Made by a program: the position numbers and the translations under genes
Notes under the pieces: generated by a model
What the model saw: only the letters and a program-made list of their open reading frames with translations
The model's database searches: none
What the model was told of the DNA's origin: nothing
Shown here: positions 49,766 through 59,963 of the stretch, one piece after another
Numbering within the stretch: the stretch's first letter is position 1
Layout of the letters: the number at the start of each line of letters is the position of its first letter
NCBI GenBank assembly: GCA_965206745.1
Contig: OZ242220.1
Span: 1,248,001 to 1,312,000 of the forward strand
Direction: 5' to 3'
Length of the DNA: 64,000 bases
From: Nitrosopumilus sp.
GTDB taxonomy: Archaea > Thermoproteota > Nitrososphaeria > Nitrososphaerales > Nitrosopumilaceae

Positions 49766-50505
49766 TATTTCCACCCGATGGTCTCTGACAAAGACACGAC
49801 ATTGCCAATAATGATGTTTGTTGGAGGGACGATCTTGTTTTCCTTAACTTTTTTTGCGATATTTGTGACTGTTCCCTTGATCATTTTTTGTTGAGGAGTT
49901 GTTCCATTCTGAATCACAGCCACCGGAGTCTTTTTGTCCATTCCTCCAGAAATGAGCTGCTTGCATATCACGTCAATTCTTGAAAGGCCCATCATAATCA
50001 CAATTGTATCAACTGATTTTGCAAGATTCTTCCATTTTACAATCTCTTTTTTCTTTTGAGGATCCTCATGCCCCGTGACAAAGACTACAGATGAGGCATA
50101 TTTCCTGTGGGTCAGAGGAATGCCAGCGTATGTTGCAGAGCCAATTCCAGAAGTGATGCCAGGAACGATCTCATACTTGATATTGTTCTCTTTTAGAAAC
50201 TCTGCCTCTTCCCCACCGCGTCCAAAAATGATGGGATCCCCACCCTTTAGCCGGACCACGCTTTTCTTAGACTTTGCATACTTTACCATCAGATCATTAG
50301 TGGTGTTTTGGTGAGTTGTGTCATCACCAACTGCACGGCCGACATAGACCTTTTCTGCAGATTTTGGAATCATTGAAATGATTTTTTTGCTTACCAGTCT
50401 ATCATACAAAACGACATCCGCTTTTTTGAGCAGTTCGACTGCCCGCAATGTAATTAGCTTGCTATCCCCAGGCCCAGCACCAACAAGATACACTTTTGCA
50501 GTCAT
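49765..50505 (-). CDS. cobA: uroporphyrinogen-III C-methyltransferase
   Basis: VYLVGAGPGD, LYDRLV, RLKGGDP.IFGRGGEE, VPGITS. Confidence 0.96.
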   Translation of the reverse strand: MTAKVYLVGAGPGDSKLITLRAVELLKKADVVLYDRLVSKKIISMIPKSAEKVYVGRAVGDDTTHQNTTNDLMVKYAKSKKSVVRLKGGDPIIFGRGGEEAEFLKENNIKYEIVPGITSGIGSATYAGIPLTHRKYASSVVFVTGHEDPQKKKEIVKWKNLAKSVDTIVIMMGLSRIDVICKQLISGGMDKKTPVAVIQNGTTPQQKMIKGTVTNIAKKVKENKIVPPTNIIIGNVVSLSETIGWK

Positions 50506-51437
50506 GACTTATTCCATTCCTCCACCTTTTCTCTCCAATTTAATGCAAGATCATTTACGCCCTTGATACGCAACTCTTCTCCCACAACTTTTCCCAAAGA
50601 TTTGGGATCCTCTTTCTTTCCAGTTTTCTCTACATGGATGAATTGCTTTCCATCCACAGAAAATGCATGCACAGTCAGGGTCATCTCAGAGCCGTCGGAT
50701 TTTGCATATGCCCCCAGGGGGAACCTGCAGCCAGAATCAACATAGTCAGAAAGGGATCGTTCAGCCTCAATCTCTAAACGCGAGTTGCCATCTTCAATTT
50801 TTTTGAGCATTGAGATGGTCTGAGAATCACCTGCTCTTGCAACTATTGCAATTGCACCTTGCCCAGGGGATGGAGAAAAATCATCAGTTGACAAGGGAAC
50901 AAACTTTACATCAATTCCAAGTCGTGATATTCCTGCCTGAGCAAGAATGACTGCATCATATTTGTCTCCGGATACTTTTTTGATTCTCGTCTCAATATTT
51001 CCACGAATCGGTCTTACAATTAGATCAGGCCTAACTCTTGAAACTTGAACTGCACGTCGTAGTGAGCTGGTTCCGATAGTTGAGCCCTCTGGAATATCAC
51101 GCAATGAGGCACCATCTGCTGAAATAAGCACGTCATTGACTGCCTCACGTTTTGGAATAGACGCAAGTGTTAAATTTTCTTCCAATTCGGATGGAACATC
51201 CTTTAAACTATGCACTGCAAAATCCACTTCCCCTTGGGCAACAGCCCTGTCAATCTCCTTTTCAAATATTCCTTTTTGGTCTATTGCAAATAATGGCCTA
51301 GTATCAGTATCGCCTTTTGTCGTAATTGGCTTGATCCCATATTCACAGTCCGGATTTGCTTTTTTTAGTTCAGAGATCACCCAGTTTGTTTGTGACAGAG
51401 ATAACGGGCTCCCCCTGGCTCCAACTATATACTTCAA
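50502..51437 (-). CDS. hemC: hydroxymethylbilane synthase
   Basis: GARGS.L, T.GD, GIFEKE, AVHSLKDVP, GTSSLRR, IRGNIETR, SGCRFP. Confidence 0.96.
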   Translation of the reverse strand: MKYIVGARGSPLSLSQTNWVISELKKANPDCEYGIKPITTKGDTDTRPLFAIDQKGIFEKEIDRAVAQGEVDFAVHSLKDVPSELEENLTLASIPKREAVNDVLISADGASLRDIPEGSTIGTSSLRRAVQVSRVRPDLIVRPIRGNIETRIKKVSGDKYDAVILAQAGISRLGIDVKFVPLSTDDFSPSPGQGAIAIVARAGDSQTISMLKKIEDGNSRLEIEAERSLSDYVDSGCRFPLGAYAKSDGSEMTLTVHAFSVDGKQFIHVEKTGKKEDPKSLGKVVGEELRIKGVNDLALNWREKVEEWNKS

Positions 51438-52714
51438 TTTTTCACCGATTTTAGTGCCATATTGTATGCATCAAGAGTCTTGTTCAAATCAGTTTCAGTA
51501 TGGGCATCAGATAGGAAGACCACCTCGAATTGAGACGGTGCGATAAAGACGCCTCTCTTCAGCAAGGTTTGGAAGAGTTTTTGAAATTTCCGAGCATCTG
51601 CATTCTTTGATGTTTGATAGTCAGTAACAGGCTTGTTTGTAAAGAAAATCTGGAACATTGAGGCTGTAAAATTGATTTGGTGTGGAATCTTCATATCAGT
51701 TGCCATATCATCCAAAGCGACAGAGAAGAGCAGGTTGAATCTCTCCAGTTTGGAGTATAGTTTGTTCTTGATTTTGTTAATTGTCTTAATTGAGGCAATT
51801 GCGGCACTGACTGAAATTGGGTTTCCGGCAAATGTGCTTGCCTGGTAAACTTTGCCACCGGGTGAAAGCAAATCCATCATCTCTTTTTTTCCGCCTACAG
51901 CAGAGATGACAAAGCCGTTACTAAGGGCTTTGGCCATCGTTGTAATGTCGGGCCTTATTCCAAAATGTTCTTGAGCCCCACCTGGTGCGACTCTAAAACC
52001 AGTTACGACTTCATCAAAAATTAACGGGATGTCCTCTTCACTAGTAATTTTTCTCAAATCAGACAAGAAATTCTTTTCAGGCAAAATCAATCCCATGTTG
52101 GCAAGAATGGGCTCCACAATAACTCCGGCAATGTCCTTATTTTTTCTAATTGTTTTTTGTAAATCCTCAATGTCATTATATTTTACAACCAGCGTGTTTT
52201 TTGAGACTTCGTCTAATCCGCCATCTGAAACAGAGATGCCGTTGTGGGCAGAGCCAGAACCGGCTTTTACCAGGACAGAGTCATGTGCGCCATGATAGCA
52301 GCCCTCAAATTTAATAATTTTCTTCTTTTTTGTAAATCCGCGTGCCAACCTGATTGCAGTCATTGTGGCCTCACCGCCGGTATTCATCAGCCTTACTTTA
52401 TCAACTGCAGGAAAGTTGCCGATAATTAATTTTGAAAGTTCAACCTCAGACTCAGTCGGAGTGCAGTATAGGGTTCCCCTTGAAAGCTGATTTGTCACAG
52501 ATCGGATGATCTCCTTTCTCCCATGACCCAATAGTAATGCGCCATAGCCATTGCAATAGTCAATGTATCTGTTATTGTCAACATCCCAAATGTATGCGCC
52601 ATTTGCTTTTTTTGTGAAAAATGGATAAGGTTCAAAATACCTAACAGGGCTGTTAACACCTGAAGGAATCATTTTTTTTGCAATATTGAACAGTTTCTTG
52701 GATTCGGACACCAA
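51434..52714 (-). CDS. hemL: glutamate-1-semialdehyde 2,1-aminomutase
   Basis: GVNSPVR, F.GCYHG.HD, FDEVVTGFR, YQASTFAGNP, PSQFE. Confidence 0.96.
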   Translation of the reverse strand: MVSESKKLFNIAKKMIPSGVNSPVRYFEPYPFFTKKANGAYIWDVDNNRYIDYCNGYGALLLGHGRKEIIRSVTNQLSRGTLYCTPTESEVELSKLIIGNFPAVDKVRLMNTGGEATMTAIRLARGFTKKKKIIKFEGCYHGAHDSVLVKAGSGSAHNGISVSDGGLDEVSKNTLVVKYNDIEDLQKTIRKNKDIAGVIVEPILANMGLILPEKNFLSDLRKITSEEDIPLIFDEVVTGFRVAPGGAQEHFGIRPDITTMAKALSNGFVISAVGGKKEMMDLLSPGGKVYQASTFAGNPISVSAAIASIKTINKIKNKLYSKLERFNLLFSVALDDMATDMKIPHQINFTASMFQIFFTNKPVTDYQTSKNADARKFQKLFQTLLKRGVFIAPSQFEVVFLSDAHTETDLNKTLDAYNMALKSVKN

Positions 52715-52736
52715 TCAGAGATATTTTGGGTCATTA

Positions 52737-53420
52737 TTATTCGTAATTTGTTGCCCTTTGTGCTTGAAACTTCTTTCTGAATAGAAAAGCGGCAATACTA
52801 GTCCCAACATAGGGGGCAGTCCAGTATAGCCAAAGATTCTCAAAGGTGCCAGATAGCAGTGCTGGGGCCAGTGCCCGGGCAGGATTCATCGAGGCCCCAG
52901 AGATAAAGGCCAAAAATAAAATATCCAACCCAACTATGCCCCCGATTGCAACGCCGCTGAATCCTCTCAGGCCCTTGGTATACACAACGTAGAAAATTAC
53001 GCCCATCAGCATTGCAGAGGCTAAAACCTCAACTGGAAAAATTACAAATACTGAAAAGTCAGGGTTTGGGGCATTAGCTCCAAGATGTGCTTTGTCTCCA
53101 ATAAATGTTAAAACAAAAAGTGAGCCCAGCAATGCGCCAATTAGTTCTGCTCCAAAATAGTATATGACTTGAATCTTTGATATATGCCCGGTGATATAAT
53201 ATCCAATCGTTACAGCAGGATTAAAATGGGCCAAAGATATCCTCCCAAAAGAATAAACACCAATTAGCAAAGCAACAAAGGGAGCCAAGGCAACAAAAGG
53301 AATTCCCAGACTACCATCAAAAAACTCAGCATCATATACAATCGAACCAGTTGCAAAGACTACTAGAATAAATGTCCCTGCAAGCTCCACAGCAAAGATC
53401 TGCAAGTTTGAGCCGGTCAT
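52737..53420 (-). CDS. MIP family channel (aquaporin)
   Basis: AHFNPAVT and ASMNPARA (two NPA motifs); ATGA overlap with arsC. Confidence 0.93.
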   Translation of the reverse strand: MTGSNLQIFAVELAGTFILVVFATGSIVYDAEFFDGSLGIPFVALAPFVALLIGVYSFGRISLAHFNPAVTIGYYITGHISKIQVIYYFGAELIGALLGSLFVLTFIGDKAHLGANAPNPDFSVFVIFPVEVLASAMLMGVIFYVVYTKGLRGFSGVAIGGIVGLDILFLAFISGASMNPARALAPALLSGTFENLWLYWTAPYVGTSIAAFLFRKKFQAQRATNYE

Positions 53421-53827
53421 TTAGCTGATCCTTCAAGGGATTCAAGAAGATTCAGAACCTCGGATCTGATCCTGTCTCGAATTGTTCTGACTTGGTCGAT
53501 GGTTTTTTCTTTAGGATCAGGGATGCTCCAATCAATGACATTTTCTGCAGACAGTGAAGGGCAATATTCTTTATCCATACACCCCATGTTGACTGTCGTG
53601 GAAGAATTCTCAATCATGAAATTGGTCAATAGTTTTGGCACTTGATCAGTCATGTCAATCCCAATCTCTTTCATCACATCAATTACAATCGGATCAAGTT
53701 GTACCAGTGGGGCAGTGCCGGCACTTGAAACACTGAATCGTTTTGAGGCAAATTTTCTGAAAAAAGCTTCGGCCATCTGGCTCCTTCTGGCATTTTCCAC
53801 GCATACAAACAGGACATCTTCAGGCAT
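53417..53827 (-). CDS. arsC: arsenate reductase / LMW-PTP family
   Basis: LFVCVENARRSQMAE (Cx5R), SAGT, MGC..E.CP, W.IPDP. Confidence 0.85.
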   Translation of the reverse strand: MPEDVLFVCVENARRSQMAEAFFRKFASKRFSVSSAGTAPLVQLDPIVIDVMKEIGIDMTDQVPKLLTNFMIENSSTTVNMGCMDKEYCPSLSAENVIDWSIPDPKEKTIDQVRTIRDRIRSEVLNLLESLEGSAK

Positions 53828-53873
53828 ATCTAGATCATCACATAAATATTAGTTTATATAAATTTAAATTGAT

Positions 53874-54173
53874 ATGAATGGTGTCAGTCTCTTAAAATGC
53901 ATCTGCAACGAGACACGTTTTGAGATGCTGGATCTTTTACAAAAAAACAAGGAATTGTGTGTAAATGACTTTGTGCAAAGGTTAGAGAAGGATCAGCCGC
54001 TAGTCTCCCACCACCTAAAGACACTCAAAAGATGCGGAATTGTAAAATCCAGAGACGAGGGCAAAAAGGCAATGTATGCAATATCAAGCAATCAACTATC
54101 AGAATTAATATCAAACATAACAAGGGCCAGCAAGAAAATTCCAGTTCTGTGCTCAGATGACAATTGCTGTTAA
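53874..54173 (+). CDS. arsR: ArsR/SmtB family transcriptional regulator
   Basis: ETRFEML, ELCVND, QPLVSHHLK.LK..GIV; C-terminal CC; divergent from arsC. Confidence 0.88.
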   Translation: MNGVSLLKCICNETRFEMLDLLQKNKELCVNDFVQRLEKDQPLVSHHLKTLKRCGIVKSRDEGKKAMYAISSNQLSELISNITRASKKIPVLCSDDNCC

Positions 54174-54478
54174 AATTTTTCGGTTCTTACTACGCCAACG
54201 TCACAGACATAAAGAACGATGGCAAAATTTGCAAACATGGTTCTTGAAACCTCTTCTACCACGTCCTGTAATTTTTCCTCGCGCATGATCACTTCGACTT
54301 TGACATTTTTTTCATTCTTTAGTCCCTGGCCGCGAATTCCGCGCGCGCCATTCCCATCCACCTCATAGGTTGTGTAACCGGTGATCTGGTGCTTGTTTAA
54401 AATTTCAATAATGTTTTTTTGAGCAAGAATTTCACAAGTGATGGTTAATAATTTTACGTTGTAAAGTTTCATGTCCAA
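54170..54478 (-). CDS. sbtB: PII-like protein SbtB
   Basis: KLLTITCE, TGYT...G.G.RG.R, NVKVEVI, V.VVR.EKF; downstream of sbtA. Confidence 0.88.
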   Translation of the reverse strand: MDMKLYNVKLLTITCEILAQKNIIEILNKHQITGYTTYEVDGNGARGIRGQGLKNEKNVKVEVIMREEKLQDVVEEVSRTMFANFAIVLYVCDVGVVRTEKF

Positions 54479-55551
54479 ACCTTTGTGATGTAATTGAATA
54501 AATCTATCGATCCATCCCCATTATGCACTATTGTGGAGATGGTAAACATGATTGGAAGCAGTACTATGATATTGTATGGGAATGTAATGCCCAAAGCAGA
54601 TGTAATGTAGAGGCTGGGTTTTGCTTGGGGAATTGCATGGCGTAAGACTGCGGGGGCGGCAATAAATGAAGCACTGGCCAGCAACAGACCAAACATTACG
54701 GCTCCACCCAGACTCAAACCTATAGCAGTTGCAACCAAGACCCCCACTATCCCATTGAAGGTAGGCATCACTACAGCAAATGCAGTAAGAAAGATCCCAA
54801 CTTTTCTGATGTCATCTAACCTCTGACCTGCAATAATTCCCATCTCAATCATAAATATTACAATGGCCCCAGTAAACATCTCATCAAAGACTATTTTGAT
54901 TGGAGCAAAGCCTTCCTCCCCTATGACATATCCGATGACGATGCTGCCCAAAAGAATCACGATGGCCTTGCCCGTTATGGATTCATGTAAAACCTGAGAG
55001 AGTTTCGTTTTTGTTTCTTTAATGCCCATATCAATTTCAGAGTCATCCTCGGTGAATGATTTTTTCTTCTGGCGAATTTGTTTTGAAACTGCCACATTTG
55101 TCAAAAATATCGCCATAATGAAGGCCACAGGTTCCAAGACGGCCAGAATTGCTGCAAGGTAGCCTTCAGATGTTACGCCCTGATTCTTCAGGAAGGATAG
55201 CCCCACTGAGAATGTGACAGCCCCGACTGCGCCATATGTTGATGCCAATGCATAAGAGTCAAAAATGTTGAATTTCCCCAGCCTTCTCAAAATTTGATAG
55301 TGGTTTAATGTGAATAGCAGCGACAGTCCGATTGCTATTAACATCGGGATCAGCATATTTTCAAACCCAGTATTTCTCATCTCTATGCCGCCATGAAGGC
55401 CAATTGCCGCAAGAAGATAGATCGGTAAGAATTCCGAAATAGCCTCAGGTATCTTCAAATCAGATTTTATCCTAGCTGCGATAATTCCAAATAAGAAGAA
55501 GAGGATTATCGGGGTAAGTAAGTTAGACTGTATCAGTTGTAGTATATCCAT
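54469..55551 (-). CDS. sbtA: sodium-dependent bicarbonate transporter SbtA (DUF897)
   Basis: KSDLKIP, YLL.AIGLHGG, YGAVGAVTF, ASASFIAAPA, ALGITFPYNI. Confidence 0.92.
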   Translation of the reverse strand: MDILQLIQSNLLTPIILFFLFGIIAARIKSDLKIPEAISEFLPIYLLAAIGLHGGIEMRNTGFENMLIPMLIAIGLSLLFTLNHYQILRRLGKFNIFDSYALASTYGAVGAVTFSVGLSFLKNQGVTSEGYLAAILAVLEPVAFIMAIFLTNVAVSKQIRQKKKSFTEDDSEIDMGIKETKTKLSQVLHESITGKAIVILLGSIVIGYVIGEEGFAPIKIVFDEMFTGAIVIFMIEMGIIAGQRLDDIRKVGIFLTAFAVVMPTFNGIVGVLVATAIGLSLGGAVMFGLLLASASFIAAPAVLRHAIPQAKPSLYITSALGITFPYNIIVLLPIMFTISTIVHNGDGSIDLFNYITKVWT

Positions 55552-55789
55552 TTGATTATCTCAAAAAAAAATTGCTGAAATAAAAACCAAGGTATTATTG
55601 AAAATCAAACAGATGAATCATGCAGGCAAACTCGATTCTTACGGTAGTATGCAAGAGAGATATTGTCAAATCTTCTGGATCTAAACACGAAATACGGATC
55701 TTATTCGAATTCAAAAAATCTCCTACTCTGGTCAAATATTTCGATCTGATCACCATATTTGATGAGTCACAACTGAACAGTAGAATAAT

Positions 55790-57352
55790 CTATTCTTCAC
55801 AATTTGACAGCAAATCGCCCTTGGAATCTGAATAACATCGATCAGAATTTGCGCCGCCATCTATCACATCAGAGCCGGAATTGGCATAGATCACATCAAC
55901 ACCGGATCTGCCTTTTAGGACATCATTGCCGGAATTCCCCCTGATTGTATCATTGCCATCATCGCCGGAGATAACATCATTTCCGGTACCGCCAAAGATA
56001 CAGTCATTTCCAGCGCCTCCAGAGATAAGATCATTTCCGGATAATCCAAAGATCAAGTCGTCCCCGTCAGTGCCTGAAAGAAGATCATCACCAATGGTCC
56101 CCTTTATGAGGTTGTAATCAGAATGATTGTTTCCACACGTATTTACAATGATTTTTTGGTATGCTATAGAGCGATGTCCGGTATAATCAAATGCAATCCA
56201 AATAATATTAGTTATGCCAGGCGAGAACATCTCAGGAGCATTATTAATAATCGCTTTAATTCCGCCATCATCAGTGGCATTTGCATCCCCATAAACGATA
56301 CTAGTTAGCAGATCTTCGGCCTCAACTATTAATGAATCAGGAGCAGTGATTACAGGCAGGGTTTGATCTCTAGATGGAGGCCTTGTCTCTTTAGGAACGA
56401 CAAAATAAGGCTCTGCTGATTGTTCAAAAAACGGTGTCTCAAATGATTGTATGGAGTGTGTTGGGGAATCTGCAACTAGCAATTCACCATTGATTCCAAT
56501 TGCCATACCAGCAACATGTTTAAAGGAATCAGGATACGAGCCATTTTGAACCGCTTGAGGGATTCTCAAAGTAGAATTTTGAGACAAGTGCAAAATTTTG
56601 CCAGTGTTGGAATTTACAACAAACATGCCACCGTCAGGGTCAATAGTTATGGCCTCAGGTGCAAATACATAGCCTGGAAAATAAAATGGGAATGCTTGTA
56701 GCAGCTGGCCTTCGGCGTCGAATTTTTCAATTTTGCCATTTCCTTTATCGGCGATGTAAATATTTCCATCTTTATCTGCATCAATTCCAGCAAGATTCAA
56801 GAACTGGCCAGGGCCTAAGCCACTTGAACCAAAAGAGGAGACAAATTCACCCTCAGTGGAAAATATTTGAATTCTTTGATTTCCATTATCAGACACGTAC
56901 AAAAGTCCATTGCTCAGAGTGATTCCATTAGGATAGAAGAATTGGCCTTCGGCAGTCCCCTTTGTCCCCCATGCCAAAACAAACTCTCCATCTAGGGAAA
57001 ACTTTTGAATGCGATTTAGATCACGGTCTGAGACAAAAACAGAATCAGCATTCACTGCAATGCCAGAAGGATTGTAAAAGGAACCAAAGTCTTTTCCGCC
57101 CTCACCCCAATGGGTGAGATACTGGCCACTGCTTGAGAATTTTTGAATGCGTTTGTTGCCAAAGTCACTTACATAGATACTGCCGTCTTCGCCTACTGTA
57201 ATGGATTGAGGGTGTGTAAATTTACCAGGCTCGGTGGCCCCGTATTTGCCCCACTGGTGTAATAAATCATAATCTGCAATTCCAAAAGAGGTTTGGGCAA
57301 AAGTGGCTAGTAGCAATACAGAGACGGCCAAAATTGTGAGAATCAGTTTCAA
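55790..57352 (-). CDS. exported NHL-repeat protein with HYR-like domain and RTX-type Ca-binding repeats
   Basis: signal peptide; F..P.GI...G.IYVSD..N.RIQKF repeats; DQTLPVITAP HYR-like domain; ten GGxGND-type nonapeptides. Confidence 0.9.
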   Translation of the reverse strand: MKLILTILAVSVLLLATFAQTSFGIADYDLLHQWGKYGATEPGKFTHPQSITVGEDGSIYVSDFGNKRIQKFSSSGQYLTHWGEGGKDFGSFYNPSGIAVNADSVFVSDRDLNRIQKFSLDGEFVLAWGTKGTAEGQFFYPNGITLSNGLLYVSDNGNQRIQIFSTEGEFVSSFGSSGLGPGQFLNLAGIDADKDGNIYIADKGNGKIEKFDAEGQLLQAFPFYFPGYVFAPEAITIDPDGGMFVVNSNTGKILHLSQNSTLRIPQAVQNGSYPDSFKHVAGMAIGINGELLVADSPTHSIQSFETPFFEQSAEPYFVVPKETRPPSRDQTLPVITAPDSLIVEAEDLLTSIVYGDANATDDGGIKAIINNAPEMFSPGITNIIWIAFDYTGHRSIAYQKIIVNTCGNNHSDYNLIKGTIGDDLLSGTDGDDLIFGLSGNDLISGGAGNDCIFGGTGNDVISGDDGNDTIRGNSGNDVLKGRSGVDVIYANSGSDVIDGGANSDRCYSDSKGDLLSNCEE

Positions 57353-57423
57353 CGATCCATCATGACGAAATTAGAGAAACATAGTCAGAGTTAACTAATA
57401 TTGCAATTTTTGTCAATTTTATC

Positions 57424-58209
57424 TCAAAATGGCTTGTTTACCTCACGCGTAAACACATAACTTGCAAGTGCCACCATAACCAGTACAAATGCTACCAAAA
57501 CCCCCAAACTCAGAATTATCGGGATTCCACCCTCAGATAGGCCAGTCATCAATTCCCGAACCAGCAACACAGTGTAAGTGACCGGATTTAATTTTGCAAT
57601 CACTGCAAGCCAATCAGGCAGCAATTCTAATGGGAATAGCGCAGGACTAAGCATGAACAGAGGCATTCCAAGAAAATTAATCAGCCCCCAGAAAGTCTCC
57701 TGGGACTTTGCAATGGCTGCAATCATTACAGAAATTCCAGAAAAGCCTAAAGAGAACAAAATGACTATTGCCATGATTGGCGCAATCATTATCGGATTAG
57801 GAAAACTGACGCCTATGGCCAGGGCAATTCCCAAAATCAGGCTTGCTTGCAATGCGGCAATCAGGGAGATTGCCGACATCTTTCCCAACGCAATTGCAGA
57901 GCGGGATATCGGAGAGGACAAGGCTTTGTTCATAAAACCATATCTCCTATCCCACAGGGTATTGACACCGCCAAAGATGCTAGTAAAAATGGCAGTAAGA
58001 ATAATGACGCCAGGTGCCATAAATTCAATATATTCGCCTTCAAACCCAACGGACTGGATTAATGGCTGCGTTCCAGAAAAAGTATTTCCAATCACAATGA
58101 TCCAAATCGCAGGCTGAATCAGTCGAATCAGAACACCACTTCGGGATTTTTTGTATCTCTTCAGCTCCCTCCAAAAAATCGTATAAGTGTCATAGGGCAA
58201 ATTGTTCAT
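57424..58209 (-). CDS. ABC-2 type exporter permease
   Basis: FMAPG, DRRYGF......SPISR, NPVTY. Confidence 0.92.
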   Translation of the reverse strand: MNNLPYDTYTIFWRELKRYKKSRSGVLIRLIQPAIWIIVIGNTFSGTQPLIQSVGFEGEYIEFMAPGVIILTAIFTSIFGGVNTLWDRRYGFMNKALSSPISRSAIALGKMSAISLIAALQASLILGIALAIGVSFPNPIMIAPIMAIVILFSLGFSGISVMIAAIAKSQETFWGLINFLGMPLFMLSPALFPLELLPDWLAVIAKLNPVTYTVLLVRELMTGLSEGGIPIILSLGVLVAFVLVMVALASYVFTREVNKPF

Positions 58210-59225
58210 GCGCGTAGCCTCTTTATCTTTGCATGCTCACGCTTCCGATTAAAACCAGAGTCATCATCTCTAATCTCATGCCCTGTATAGGAGATAAAGA
58301 CGTCATCAAGTGTGGGCTGGGTCAGAGATATGGATTTAATTTTAATGCCAAGTGTTGATGAAATTTGAAAGATTTTTGGAATTACTTCAGTGCCATTTGA
58401 TGCAAAGAGGACAAGCTTTGAGCCATCCTCATTAATTGTCTTTACAAATTCGATCTTCTGAATCTCAGATACAAAGGAATCGTAATTTTCGCCCTTGTCA
58501 ATCACTATAGAGATTACCTCATTGCCCATTGCATTTTTCATGTTTTCAGGCGAGTCAATTATCTGAATCTTCCCGCCATCAATTATCCCAACTCTGTCAC
58601 ACAGTTGATCTGCCTCTTCCATGTAGTGGGTAGATACAAAGATGGTCATGTCAAATTCAGTGTGAATTTTCTTGATATATTCCCAAATTTTTCGACGGGT
58701 TTGGATATCCAATCCGACTGTGGGCTCATCAAGAAACAGCACCTTTGGCCTATGCAGCAATCCTCCTGCAATGTCTAATCTTTTCCTCATGCCTCCAGAA
58801 TACGTGACAACGGCCTGATCCTGTTTGTCGACAAGTTCAATTAATTTCAAGATATCGTCAATTCGTTTATCGATCTGCCCTTTTGGAATGTGGTTTAGTT
58901 TGGCTTGCAAAAGGAGGTTTTCTCGCCCTGTGAGATACTCATCAACGGTGGATTCTTGTTGGACATATCCAATATTTTCTCGAACCTGTTTTGGGTTAGC
59001 AGTTACGTCAAATCCAGAAATCAGGGCTTGCCCAGAAGTCGGCTTTAGCAGGGTGGTCAGTATCATCATAGTGGTGCTTTTACCTGCACCGTTAGGTCCT
59101 AGAAATCCAAAGATCTCACCCTTTTGAACTGAAAATGAGATATCGTTTACAGCCGCAACATCGCCAAATGATTTTGTGAGTGATCTTGTTTCTATAGAAT
59201 ACAATACATTGATCGCAGATGGCAA
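58206..59225 (-). CDS. ABC exporter ATP-binding protein (DrrA-like)
   Basis: GPNGAGKST, YSGGMRKRL, LDEPTVGLD, THYMEEAD, PTLDDVF; true start may be a few codons downstream. Confidence 0.94.
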   Translation of the reverse strand: MPSAINVLYSIETRSLTKSFGDVAAVNDISFSVQKGEIFGFLGPNGAGKSTTMMILTTLLKPTSGQALISGFDVTANPKQVRENIGYVQQESTVDEYLTGRENLLLQAKLNHIPKGQIDKRIDDILKLIELVDKQDQAVVTYSGGMRKRLDIAGGLLHRPKVLFLDEPTVGLDIQTRRKIWEYIKKIHTEFDMTIFVSTHYMEEADQLCDRVGIIDGGKIQIIDSPENMKNAMGNEVISIVIDKGENYDSFVSEIQKIEFVKTINEDGSKLVLFASNGTEVIPKIFQISSTLGIKIKSISLTQPTLDDVFISYTGHEIRDDDSGFNRKREHAKIKRLRA

Positions 59226-59422
59226 TTATAAATTGCTAATTATTGGCCCAATCAAAACTCAGAAAAAATTTAAGGAGCAAATAACGAGTATTCATCATGA
59301 AAGGATTATGTCAGAAATGCCACTCATCAAATATCGATGTTACAGTTCAGGAAGGAATTCCTGTATGTGACGTCTGTTCCAAAAAATCAGATTAATCGAA
59401 GATGTCAGTTTGAAAGAAGGGA

Positions 59423-59875
59423 TCATTCAAGGTTCTTGAATTCGTCTTTGGTCATTCTTAAAATGACTCTTTCGCCGACGCCCCAAATTTCAGATTTGGA
59501 CAGAATTTTGGAATGCCTTAAACCGTCACTGACCTCGATGGATTCCAGCTGGTTGGTCTCTGAATTTTTGTGTAATCGCTTTACTTTGCCAATTTTGTGT
59601 CTGTCAATATCAGTGACTGGGATTCCGGTTCTCACAGGGGGCCTGCTAAGAAGCAGTGTTCTCTCAGAAAACTTTTCAATGTAATCCTCAGATAGAAAGT
59701 AGTCTTTGCGAAACCCTTGGTGAATTGTTACACCGTTGACAGCCAGCGTATCTTGGTTAATGTGAATGTGTTTTACTTTGCCGTATTCGATTCCCTCCCT
59801 GTCAATGACCTTTTTTCCAGTAAACGTATCTGCCGTGGTCAGATTTGAAGGCATTCCTTCTAGTTTTATCGACAT
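59423..59875 (-). CDS. tandem PRC-barrel domain protein
   Basis: GKKVIDREG...GKVK and GIPVTDID..KIGKVK repeats. Confidence 0.85.
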   Translation of the reverse strand: MSIKLEGMPSNLTTADTFTGKKVIDREGIEYGKVKHIHINQDTLAVNGVTIHQGFRKDYFLSEDYIEKFSERTLLLSRPPVRTGIPVTDIDRHKIGKVKRLHKNSETNQLESIEVSDGLRHSKILSKSEIWGVGERVILRMTKDEFKNLE

Positions 59876-59963
59876 GATGCAAAATCAATAGGTTTGCTTA
59901 TCATACCCAATATCAGAAATTTCTATCAATGAGGTTAAATTACTTGACAGAAGATAGTCACGC

